From: Candidatus Bathyarchaeia archaeon
Lineage (GTDB): Archaea; Thermoproteota; Bathyarchaeia; Bathyarchaeales; Bathycorpusculaceae
Assembly (NCBI GenBank): GCA_049521795.1
Contig: JBEKOM010000003.1
Coordinates: 1-64,000 of the forward strand
DNA length: 64,000 nt
Direction: 5' to 3'
Shown: positions 1 through 8,320 of the stretch, piece by piece
Layout of the letters: every line of letters begins with the position of its first letter
Numbering within the stretch: the stretch's first letter is position 1
The notes under the pieces: model-generated
Told to the model about the DNA's origin: nothing
What the model saw: the letters and a program-made list of their open reading frames with translations, nothing else
The model's database searches: none
Program-made: the position numbers and the translations under genes

Positions 1-305
1 AGAACCTTCTCAATTATCGGTAGATCGCCGATCTCCGCTCTGAACCAAGCAGTATTCCCGATCCTCTTGCCTTCAGGAACTCTACCGATAACAGCCAAGG
101 CACTTTCTGCATGATCAATTCGCAGCTGTGAGTTTATCAGTGTCGCTACGAAAAAATCAATGTCTTCTTCTGGTACCTGCCACTTATTTGAGTTGACGCT
201 CGTGTCTATCGCTATGCCTTCAATGTTTACGAGCTTTTCTCGCAGCGCAAACTCGGCGCTTACGCCTTCTTGCGCCTTGAATGGAACGAAGTACTTTAGC
301 TGCAT
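1..305 (-). CDS. HK97-type prohead maturation protease (3'-partial, runs off window edge; not in ORF track)
   Basis: Manual translation from ATG at 305: MQLKYFVPFKAQEGVSAEFALREKLVNIEGIAIDTSVNSNKWQVPEEDIDFFVATLINSQLRIDHAESALAVIGRVPEG..., with no stop to base 1. The IEGxA / LxxDH / VIGxV pattern is typical of prohead proteases. The ATG abuts the TAG of the upstream ORF and lies downstream of TerL-portal. Confidence 0.7.
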   Translation of the reverse strand, partial: MQLKYFVPFKAQEGVSAEFALREKLVNIEGIAIDTSVNSNKWQVPEEDIDFFVATLINSQLRIDHAESALAVIGRVPEGKRIGNTAWFRAEIGDLPIIEKV

Positions 306-716
306 CTATGGCACCACTACTAAAACGCCTGCTCTCCGACGTGCTTCTGCTTGAAACGCAAGAAAGCTGGCTGCATCTTCGAGGAAGCTCTTTTTCGCTG
401 GACTGTAACCCTTGCAACCTGGGAAGCTGCATGGCTTGTGCTCTTTCCCAAGCTTCCTGCAAGCATTCACTAAGGTCTGGTGTATGTGTTTCTTCGCAAC
501 CGCTGGCAGCTTCGCTTTACTGAGATATGAAAACCCTGCGTTTATGTGCGCTTCATCAATCCTTCCGTTCTTGTCTTTGAATGGGAAATGCCTTAGGCTT
601 CTCGGCGTCGTCTTACCTTCGCTATCCTTCTTGCCTCCAGGCTCGATATACGCGAAGGAGCAGTCTGGCAAATCGTTCTGCTCTTTTGTATTCCAAACTC
701 TTCCTTGAAAACTCAT
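306..716 (-). CDS. Virus-associated hypothetical protein (LPDxxFAYIEPGG...LRHFP motif, head-module accessory)
   Basis: 136-aa ORF with SD GAGGTG upstream. The motif resembles small domains seen next to or fused to phage head proteases. Its stop abuts the protease ATG. Confidence 0.6.
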   Translation of the reverse strand: MSFQGRVWNTKEQNDLPDCSFAYIEPGGKKDSEGKTTPRSLRHFPFKDKNGRIDEAHINAGFSYLSKAKLPAVAKKHIHQTLVNACRKLGKEHKPCSFPGCKGYSPAKKSFLEDAASFLAFQAEARRRAGVLVVVP

Positions 717-745
717 TTTGTTTACACCTCAAAACTATCTGGACC

Positions 746-1201
746 CTAACCAGAGCCTGTTACGTCGATGTTGAAGCTGAAAGACGTGAACCCTGCCACA
801 GAAGAGCTAACGGTCAAGGTCAGCGTGACTGGTAACGAAGCATTCGGCTGAATCACTGTTCCCGCTGCATAGCTCCAAGTAAGCGTTATGTAAGTTGCTG
901 CGGCCGCTGGGTTCCATGAGTCTGTGCCTAAACTAAGGGTGATCGGCACGTTGCTTGTGCTCTTGATATACATCTGATAGTTCGCTAAGCTCCCTGGCGT
1001 CAAGACTCCCCAGTTTACGCTTGTTAAGTTCTGGGTGCAAGCAGCGTCGCTGAAGACGTTTACGCCAACTGCAGTGATTGTGCCAGTGCTCGGTATTTGC
1101 CGCGTGTAAGATTGCATGGAGAGAGCGACGACAAATGATGTCGCAAGGATAGCGAAGAATAGTCCTATTGCACGACTATAGTTCATATTTTCTGTCTCCA
1201 A
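746..1201 (-). CDS. Secreted/surface beta-rich protein (IPSTGTI...VNWG type)
   Basis: 151-aa ORF with an N-terminal hydrophobic signal and a Thr/Ser-rich beta-sandwich-like body. Confidence 0.7.
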   Translation of the reverse strand: METENMNYSRAIGLFFAILATSFVVALSMQSYTRQIPSTGTITAVGVNVFSDAACTQNLTSVNWGVLTPGSLANYQMYIKSTSNVPITLSLGTDSWNPAAAATYITLTWSYAAGTVIQPNASLPVTLTLTVSSSVAGFTSFSFNIDVTGSG

Positions 1202-1213
1202 AGTTTTTGATTT

Positions 1214-1297
1214 GTTACTGCTTGAAGTCGCACCAGAACCGCTATGGAGAAAGGAGAAGGCTTCGAGAACGGAAAAAGTGCGGCTTCAAGCAGTAAC
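1214..1297. repeat. 84-bp element with 20-bp inverted repeats (MITE-like or RNA stem-loop)
   Basis: GTTACTGCTTGAAGTCGCAC (1214-1233) and GTGCGGCTTCAAGCAGTAAC (1278-1297) are 19/20 complementary, with a 44-bp spacer. Confidence 0.8.
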
Positions 1298-1312
1298 TAG
1301 GATGGCTGAAAT

Positions 1313-1627
1313 TCAGCCTTCGACTTTGCTAATCTGCATGTAGGCGTTGACGAACCGCCGACGCCACTCATCCCATGCCTTATGGTCAAGGAGAGTCTGA
1401 ATCTTCCCCTTCAAGTAAGAGTCAAGCCACACCATAACTTCTTGTGAAGACTTGAAATGAGCCTTGTCGAAAAGGTAACTCTGAATCTCCCAGCGCTCAG
1501 TGCCCCTAACTCGACCCGACGCTGTCTTCACGCCCTGCGCTATTGGGTCAACCCGCATTTTGTCAAACTTGTTCGGATCGTGGACCAGATAACGCCAGAC
1601 TGTTTTGTCTTCTCCTAATCTGGGCAT
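1313..1627 (-). CDS. Virus-associated hypothetical protein
   Basis: 104-aa ORF co-oriented with portal/TerL. Its ATG abuts the upstream TAG. Confidence 0.65.
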   Translation of the reverse strand: MPRLGEDKTVWRYLVHDPNKFDKMRVDPIAQGVKTASGRVRGTERWEIQSYLFDKAHFKSSQEVMVWLDSYLKGKIQTLLDHKAWDEWRRRFVNAYMQISKVEG

Positions 1628-1921
1628 CTAGTTCGCCAGCCACTCAGCCAACTCAAGACAAGCCTTAAGCAGAATTGATTTGACTTTGGCGTTTCTGCGC
1701 CTATCATCGATGAAAAGAACATAAGTCGTCTGGTCAGCAGGCACTACTAGACGCATTAAACTGTTGTAATGGTATATCTTCGGGTCCATCTTTCCGTAAA
1801 AAAACCGCCGGACACGACAGTACATGCAGCTCCAATGGTAACGCTGAAGAGGATGCCCGCAGAGCGTACGACACGGCATCTTTGGCAATAGGTCACTCAA
1901 CTTTCGCATTGAACGCGCCAA
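1628..1921 (-). CDS. Hypothetical protein with Cys motifs (CRTLC, CMYC)
   Basis: 97-aa ORF in the viral module, translationally coupled to 1313-1627. Confidence 0.55.
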   Translation of the reverse strand: MARSMRKLSDLLPKMPCRTLCGHPLQRYHWSCMYCRVRRFFYGKMDPKIYHYNSLMRLVVPADQTTYVLFIDDRRRNAKVKSILLKACLELAEWLAN

Positions 1922-2070
1922 CTTTTCAAATCATGTTCTAATGCAAATTTGCTATAACGAGAATGACGAATTCCTCCGCACCCAACATTACTTTAACTCC
2001 ACTCTCTCCACTCTTCCAGAATGTCGCATCGACAAACGCCTTTTAACTCTGAAACTCCGAGCTTTCAACC

Positions 2071-2277
2071 GTGGCCGATCATGCCTTCACCAAGGCGAAC
2101 CTAGTGTCTAATGATTGCTTGACCAAACCCTGCAGCGTGTGCGGCAACCGCATTCAAGGCGGCAACTACTACTGCCCAACGTGCAAGATCTGCATCTGCT
2201 TCGGCTGCGCGCTAAGAATGATCAGCAAAGACAACTATCCCCTAAGATGCCCAAGGTGCAGCACAAAACTCCAGTAA
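2071..2277 (+). CDS. Small Zn-finger protein (four CxxC, RING/PHD-like)
   Basis: CSVC...CPTC..C..C...CPRC in 68 aa. TATA-like TTTTAA near 2041. Confidence 0.65.
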   Translation: MADHAFTKANLVSNDCLTKPCSVCGNRIQGGNYYCPTCKICICFGCALRMISKDNYPLRCPRCSTKLQ

Positions 2278-2525
2278 GCGCGCACGTATCTCATTTTTTC
2301 CGTTGATTTCACGCGCGCGCTAGTTTCAGAATCGACCTATGCCCATCGCAATTCTGGTATTTCTCGCATACAACTTCAAAGCCAAGCGCGCGCTAGTTTT
2401 AGCTCTGTCCATAGACCGAAAAGCCAGGGTTGACCTTGAGGATTGGTACGTAAAGTTCGACAACAGTTATTGCAAGCTTGCAAAGATATATATGCAAGTC
2501 CTACAAAACCACTAATTGAATCGCA

Positions 2526-4028
2526 GTGAAAATATTTAGGTTATTACCGTCGCTTCTTCTATTTTATTGTATGATTATTTTACCCTTTTCATTATGTGTT
2601 CACAGTGTTAATGCACAGAATAATAATATGGAGGTAACGATCAACGCCGACGGTAGCATAAGTCCGCCAGCAGCACCGATCTCCAGTCTTGATAACTTCA
2701 CGTATAAACTGACTGGGAACATCACGGACGAGGGAGGAGAGTGGTCAGGCTCGAATGCGATCACAATCGATCGAAATAATATCATACTTGATGGGGCAGG
2801 GTTCGCGATTCAAGGTTATCCAACTGGACACTTAATGTATTCTTGCGGCATATATGCGGGCAAAATACAAAATGTGACTGTTAAGAACACGATAATTAGT
2901 AACTTTAATAGAGGCGTTGAAACCGATGACCCTCGCAACATCACAGTTATCGGGAATGCGATATCTGGCTGCGGCGACGGAGTACTTCTTTATGGCTATA
3001 ATACATATTATGTATCGTCGAACAATACCATAACTCAAAACCATTTCATTGACAACGACGAAGCAGTACAGATTTATTCTGTTTCGTTGAATGCTATCAC
3101 AGATAACAATATGTCCAACAATGAAATTGGAATTGAAATTAAGTCTTACATATATGGCAACAGCTACGGCAATATAGCTTCTGGAAATCGCATATTTGGT
3201 TACGAAGAAGTTTCTTCAAATGCGGTCGGCATCTCTCTCTCTAGCACCTTTAGTAACCTAATAAGCGACAATGATGTTGAAGATGGCGGTACAGGAATTC
3301 TGCTAAGCAGTTCAAACCTGAACAACATAACAGGGAATTTGATTTCAGGGAACGCGTGGCATGGGATAGTGTTGACTTCCTCAGTTAGCAATCTCTTATT
3401 TGATAATAGTATCACAGGCATTTCCTTGAGTGGTTCAAGCAGCAACTTCTTCTACCATAATGCTTTCGTGTCCCCATTCACTCTTGATAACAACTACAAC
3501 ACTTGGGACAACGGATATCCTTCAGGAGGAAACTACTGGAGCGACTATAATGGCACAGACTTATCTAGCGGGCCTTATCAGAATATTAGCGGCTCAGACG
3601 GAATTGGTGACACGCCCTATGTTTTGAACGTAAATAACACAGACCATTATCCCTTGATGGGCAGCTTTTCAAGTTTCACCCTGACTCCGAACGAATACGT
3701 CGAGACAATAAGCAACTCCACGATATCGGCTTTGACGTTCGACAATTCAACTATTCATTTAACCGTTCAGAGTCCATCAGGCAATGTTGGCTTCTGCAGG
3801 ATATGTATCCCAACAGCTTTGATTAGTGCACCAATTAACGTGTATATTAACGGGTCGGAAACTGCGTACACGTTGCTGTCATGTTCCGACGTGAACTCAA
3901 GCTATCTCTATGTAAACTACGCGACAGTGGCGGAATTTCCATCGTTTGAGTTTCTGCCGCTGTGCATGGTTTCGGCTTTAGCTGTATTAGGGTTCTGCAA
4001 GAAGAAAAGAATACTACTACGCAAGTAG
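2526..4028 (+). CDS. NosD/right-handed beta-helix surface protein with PEF-CTERM-like sorting signal
   Basis: Signal peptide, Asn-rich parallel beta-helix repeats, NTWDNGYPSGGNYWSDY...DGIGDTPY motif, and C-terminal VAEFP + TM + KKKR. Confidence 0.85.
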   Translation: MKIFRLLPSLLLFYCMIILPFSLCVHSVNAQNNNMEVTINADGSISPPAAPISSLDNFTYKLTGNITDEGGEWSGSNAITIDRNNIILDGAGFAIQGYPTGHLMYSCGIYAGKIQNVTVKNTIISNFNRGVETDDPRNITVIGNAISGCGDGVLLYGYNTYYVSSNNTITQNHFIDNDEAVQIYSVSLNAITDNNMSNNEIGIEIKSYIYGNSYGNIASGNRIFGYEEVSSNAVGISLSSTFSNLISDNDVEDGGTGILLSSSNLNNITGNLISGNAWHGIVLTSSVSNLLFDNSITGISLSGSSSNFFYHNAFVSPFTLDNNYNTWDNGYPSGGNYWSDYNGTDLSSGPYQNISGSDGIGDTPYVLNVNNTDHYPLMGSFSSFTLTPNEYVETISNSTISALTFDNSTIHLTVQSPSGNVGFCRICIPTALISAPINVYINGSETAYTLLSCSDVNSSYLYVNYATVAEFPSFEFLPLCMVSALAVLGFCKKKRILLRK

Positions 4029-4064
4029 CCGCGCGCGAATCAAAGAAGTAACCGAATTTCGTCC

Positions 4065-5459
4065 TCAGGCAGATTCTTTCTGCTGAAGAGGCAACGAAAT
4101 AGGCTTCGCTTGCTCAGGTTTCGTGGCAAGTGCTGTTCCGGCGCTTGTCTGCTCTTGTCCTTCTTCAGGTTCAGATGGTAGGCCTAGAGCTACTCTTGCT
4201 TCAGATATCGTTGCAATTCCGTTCTGCACCAGTGCGACATAGTAAGCAGCTTTCTCCTGAATCGTCGGCTCCCAGATCGGACGCCACTTAACATGCGGAA
4301 TCTCGACGCCGTCGCCAAACTGGCTTTCGATCAGCTGTTTAAACAGGTCTGTTTCTAATGTGTCTCCCATGAGTTCCTGAATCATTCGTAGCCTGGTGAT
4401 GTATTCCTGCATGACTATCTCTGCAGTCGCACGGTTTGTCCCTTCACTTTCCCCGAGAAAAATCTTCGGAACTCCCAAGACAGCTTCGCGCTGCCTGTGA
4501 AGATAATCAAGCCACCACTGAACGTTGATCTCCCTTGTCATGCTCTGAATAACCTTGACGTTGACGTCGCCTCGCACGAACACGTCCGTAGCAGGCTGAC
4601 GGTCTTGAAAAGCCTGGACGAGACCGGCTAATTGCTGGTCGCCCCAAGGTATCTCCGGCGTTCCTGCTTGAACAACGAGCATCGGCTTAGTGTAGACCTT
4701 CATGATCGTTGCCATGTCCGTCTGGAAGTCATCTATCAACGCTTGAACCAACAAGAGGGGCCTTAACTGGCTCGTGCCATAGCTGTACTCGTACCACCAG
4801 CTCTTTGCACCCCAGCGGAAGTGCACAATCTCCTGCGCCGTGAAGGCGACCGGTGGAAAAGTGAGCAGTTGAACGTAGCCGAAGACGTTGCCGTAAGCAT
4901 CGCGACGGACACGCATGTGCACCGGGTCTAGCGGCTTGAGCCACTCTATTGTACCATCTTCGTGACGGCAAAGTTCCAAGTAAGCGTTCCCTGAAATCAG
5001 CATGTCTGTTGCGATAATCCTCAGCGTTTGAAGGATGTTCTGCTCGTCAAGCCAGTTCGTGAGCCATTCTCGAACAGCGTCATCCCCGCCTTCGAGTTCA
5101 AATCCGTTGCTCAAAGCCAAGTTAATAGTCACGTCGATTGAAGCCTTGATGTACGGCGTGAACGTGTACATGTCCTTATATTTTGGTAAATCTTCAACCG
5201 GAGTTGCTCCCCAGATGCGCTCCCAGTAGGCCATGTAGGGCGGAGTGACGAAGCCGACGCCTGAGGCTTTCAGCATGTACTTTGTAACGTAACCCCATAG
5301 AGCCTGATCCTGCTTCCAAGTGACCGGGATCTCCTCTTCGATCTGTTTCCTGCTAATGTCTTGGGGAACCTGTCGTTGAGCCTGAAACCTGCTCGTGAAC
5401 TCGCGAATCGCTTTAAGGCCCTTTTTGACTGTTTTCGCCACGAAACTCACGTTGAACAC
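4065..5459 (-). CDS. Phage portal protein
   Basis: 464 aa directly downstream of TerL, with GNAYLEL, EIVHFR, YGTSQL, LGVPKIFLG and TISEARVALGL portal-like motifs. Confidence 0.9.
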   Translation of the reverse strand: MFNVSFVAKTVKKGLKAIREFTSRFQAQRQVPQDISRKQIEEEIPVTWKQDQALWGYVTKYMLKASGVGFVTPPYMAYWERIWGATPVEDLPKYKDMYTFTPYIKASIDVTINLALSNGFELEGGDDAVREWLTNWLDEQNILQTLRIIATDMLISGNAYLELCRHEDGTIEWLKPLDPVHMRVRRDAYGNVFGYVQLLTFPPVAFTAQEIVHFRWGAKSWWYEYSYGTSQLRPLLLVQALIDDFQTDMATIMKVYTKPMLVVQAGTPEIPWGDQQLAGLVQAFQDRQPATDVFVRGDVNVKVIQSMTREINVQWWLDYLHRQREAVLGVPKIFLGESEGTNRATAEIVMQEYITRLRMIQELMGDTLETDLFKQLIESQFGDGVEIPHVKWRPIWEPTIQEKAAYYVALVQNGIATISEARVALGLPSEPEEGQEQTSAGTALATKPEQAKPISLPLQQKESA

Positions 5460-6842
5460 CTATCTGTGCGGAAGCATGAACGCGCCTCTTCCTGGCAGCG
5501 GCGCTTTGACAGAAGCGTAAATAGCCAAGGCTGCGGACCAGAAGACATCATCGTGACCGCCCTCCGGATGGCTAAACCTGAGGTGCCCAGTCTTCATCAG
5601 CTCGTATTTCTCAATGTTTAATTCGGCTGTCAGGTCGATATCTTCAAGCCTTCGCGAAGGAACGTAAGGAATCTTGACCTCAGCGGTCCGCATCTTTTCC
5701 CGCATAATCGTGGCCATTTCTTCCTTCGACTGAACAGTGAAGGTAACGCCGGTCACGCCTTGGATCCCACTGCGAACCATGTCCTCGACGATGTAGCCTC
5801 CAACGCCAGTAACATCAGCATACACTGCCCGGACAGATCGCCACCGGTCTTGGAGACTTTTCACGTAGCCGATCACGCTTGCGTATTCCGTCCTCAGCGG
5901 GAACCTGTGCACATGAATTATTCGCATTGTACGTCCAGGCTTTTCAGCTACCAGGACTACGCTGAAGTCCTGTTCTTTCCCGAAGTCGATGCCAACGTAA
6001 AACTCGCCCTTCGGCTGGTCCTGAAAATCGTAAGGCTGCAATTGACTGTCAATGCAGCTTACGATCAAGCTCTGGGTAAGCCAAGTGTCGATATCTTCAA
6101 TGAATTCTGCCTTGAATTCTCTTTGGAAACGTTCGTACGGAAGCTCATCACGCATCTGGTCGATGAATTCTTGTTTGATTGTGCCGGCCTTTACGACGTC
6201 GTCGCACGTTGCAACATGCTTGCTGAACTCGTTGCTTTGGCACATGCGGTAGAAGATGCTGTCTTTATTCCAAGGAGTACTCGCAGCGATGAGCGCACCG
6301 TCAGTCGTGGCAAGCATTGGGTAGATGACACTCTGGACTAGCAGTTCGTCTGCGGGGAAAAAGTTGCACTCTTCCAGAACGACTTTATGAGCTGTGTAAC
6401 CTCGCAGAAGCTGAGGTGAATTTGGCAGGATCACGATCCTGCTGCCGTTCTTGAACCGCGTGACAGTTCGCTGCTGCCTGTCTATGAGCGCCTCCTGAAG
6501 GTTTTTGGGCAGACTGCTAAGGAAGTCCTGAACACGGTCGCCCATTATCATGCTTTGCCTCAAGCTTGGCGCCACGATGAGCGTCAAGGTTTTCGGACAG
6601 GTCAAGCCGAACCAGATTGCTCCAAGCGCTATAGTCGTTGTTTTTCCGGCTTGACGGCACCATCGCACGACTATTCGCTTGCTCTCGTCTCTGAGAAGAC
6701 GCTCCTGATAGTCCGTAGGGTTAAAATTGAAAACGGCCTTCACAAATTCAACAGGGTCTCTTGGAAGAGCGACATCCTCAGGCCTGAACAACTCGCGCTT
6801 AAGCCTTTCAAACCTTCGCTTTTGCTCTGGCTTCACTGACAA
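5460..6842 (-). CDS. terL: Terminase large subunit (Terminase_6-like)
   Basis: Walker A RQAGKTT, LRG motif, Walker B-like VVLEE, ASTP coupling motif, and RNase H-like nuclease motifs VGIDFG and HDDVFWS. Confidence 0.92.
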   Translation of the reverse strand: MSVKPEQKRRFERLKRELFRPEDVALPRDPVEFVKAVFNFNPTDYQERLLRDESKRIVVRWCRQAGKTTTIALGAIWFGLTCPKTLTLIVAPSLRQSMIMGDRVQDFLSSLPKNLQEALIDRQQRTVTRFKNGSRIVILPNSPQLLRGYTAHKVVLEECNFFPADELLVQSVIYPMLATTDGALIAASTPWNKDSIFYRMCQSNEFSKHVATCDDVVKAGTIKQEFIDQMRDELPYERFQREFKAEFIEDIDTWLTQSLIVSCIDSQLQPYDFQDQPKGEFYVGIDFGKEQDFSVVLVAEKPGRTMRIIHVHRFPLRTEYASVIGYVKSLQDRWRSVRAVYADVTGVGGYIVEDMVRSGIQGVTGVTFTVQSKEEMATIMREKMRTAEVKIPYVPSRRLEDIDLTAELNIEKYELMKTGHLRFSHPEGGHDDVFWSAALAIYASVKAPLPGRGAFMLPHR

Positions 6843-7119
6843 GGTGCTCTAACTCGTCAAGGTCACGATTGACTTTCTGTTCGTCGAATCCTGCTGAAAC
6901 GCTGTTAATCGTTTGAGCGATGCTGGCCGCGACTCTTGCCCACTTCTCCCGTTCGCGAAGACGCAGGCCAGTGTTCTGACTTAATGCATGAGCGCAGTCA
7001 AACATTTCCTCAAGCTTTGTGATCACCTTGAAGCGAATCTGTTGAGTGTCAATCTGAAGAATTCGCCTGCACTTTTGTAGGCGGTCACAAACCATTCTTT
7101 TCATGCGTACAGGGGTCAA
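6808..7119 (-). CDS. Putative terminase small subunit / helical viral protein
   Basis: About 100-aa helical ORF immediately upstream of and overlapping terL. Assigned by position only. Confidence 0.5.
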   Translation of the reverse strand: MTPVRMKRMVCDRLQKCRRILQIDTQQIRFKVITKLEEMFDCAHALSQNTGLRLREREKWARVAASIAQTINSVSAGFDEQKVNRDLDELEHLVSEARAKAKV

Positions 7120-7157
7120 ACGGGCCTATCATCCTCTTCGGTCTTAGCGGGAATTAT

Positions 7158-7364
7158 CTAACGCATTCTTTGAAAGGAGCCGTCGCCGCGAGCGTCTAGG
7201 AGAACCTCGCCTTTTTCCACTTCTGGAACTTGGTCCAGTTGGACGGGATGACTAAGCAATGTTAAGAGTTCCGTTCGCGACAACTTACTTACGGTTTCGC
7301 AGCGCACACGGTCATAGAAGCTGTTAGAAACTGTTAGCCGACGAATCTGTCTTCTTAATGACAT
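7158..7364 (-). CDS. Hypothetical protein (first gene of viral operon)
   Basis: 68 aa from ATG 7364 (MSLRRQIRRL...), within track ORF 7158-7538. Confidence 0.4.
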   Translation of the reverse strand: MSLRRQIRRLTVSNSFYDRVRCETVSKLSRTELLTLLSHPVQLDQVPEVEKGEVLLDARGDGSFQRMR

Positions 7365-7512
7365 CTCTTTACTTCTTTTATGTGTCAAAAATATCAACTC
7401 GAACGCCACTCGAAGGCGGCGAGACTGTTGTCTTTGCAATGTCTTAAGGATTAGAAATACCAGACGGTACGCAAGAGGACATTGTGCGAGACGACGGGCA
7501 AGGGTCCTCTGA

Positions 7513-7538
7513 CGGTACACGGTACACTTGGTATACAC
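7513..7538. promoter_or_regulatory. Tandem GGTACAC repeats, candidate operator in a divergent promoter
   Basis: CGGTACACGGTACACTTGGTATACAC next to the AT-rich TTAATAAA box, between the viral operon and the divergent regulator. Confidence 0.35.
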
Positions 7539-7614
7539 GGAAGAATTAATAAACCTAATGCTACTAAGTATTCTTGTGGTGCTCTGATAACATATGAACT
7601 AGGATGGAAACGTC

Positions 7615-8034
7615 ATGAAAACCCTCAAAATATCGGATGACATCCATCAGAAGCTTACATCGCTACTAGGTGAGTTGATGGCTCAGACAAGCAAAATGCA
7701 AACCTACCAAGATGCGATAAACGCGCTCATCAATGAGTCCGTCATGCTTCCACCTGAACTCCTCGCGCAAACGCAGAATTTCATTGAAGAAAACAAGGAC
7801 ATGGGTTTCACTACTAAGGAAGAGTTAGTTCGCGACGCTATACGTTTTAGGCTAACCTGGTTGAAAGGAGAAAATGAGTGCGTGGAAATCCCTAGAGAAC
7901 AGTATGAAAAACTGAATGATGCGGTAAAGGAAATGAGCACACCTTACCAAAGTGCAGAGGACTTCATAACCCGACAAGTCAATGAGACTTTGGATAAGTA
8001 TGAAGAGTGGAAACGTGCACACAAGAAACGCTAG
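7615..8034 (+). CDS. Ribbon-helix-helix/CopG-like transcriptional regulator (multi-RHH)
   Basis: MKTLKISDDIHQKL strand-helix start, plus repeated VxLP/IP..E...FTTKEELVRDAIR / YQSAEDFI RHH-like units. Divergent from the viral operon. Confidence 0.65.
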   Translation: MKTLKISDDIHQKLTSLLGELMAQTSKMQTYQDAINALINESVMLPPELLAQTQNFIEENKDMGFTTKEELVRDAIRFRLTWLKGENECVEIPREQYEKLNDAVKEMSTPYQSAEDFITRQVNETLDKYEEWKRAHKKR

Positions 8035-8320
8035 ATCAAGTATTCTGGTTGCTCTCCTTGCCCATTCAATCTTCTCATTCGAAAAGACTCTCTAGCTTAC
8101 GCTAGGTATCGAGCAGCTTCCGCCTGAAGTTGGCGGCTGAATGGTTGCCGATACAATGGTACGACTGTTTGGTCAATTGATGTGCGTGATCGTGCGTTCA
8201 GCGGCGCGCACGTGTGTTCCTAAATTTCCTTTGTGGCTGCGCAAGATCCGGGCTGCGTCCTCTGACGGTGTCGCGCCGCTGGCGAACGTGTAATCACGGT
8301 GAAAAAAAGGAATTCTTTTT

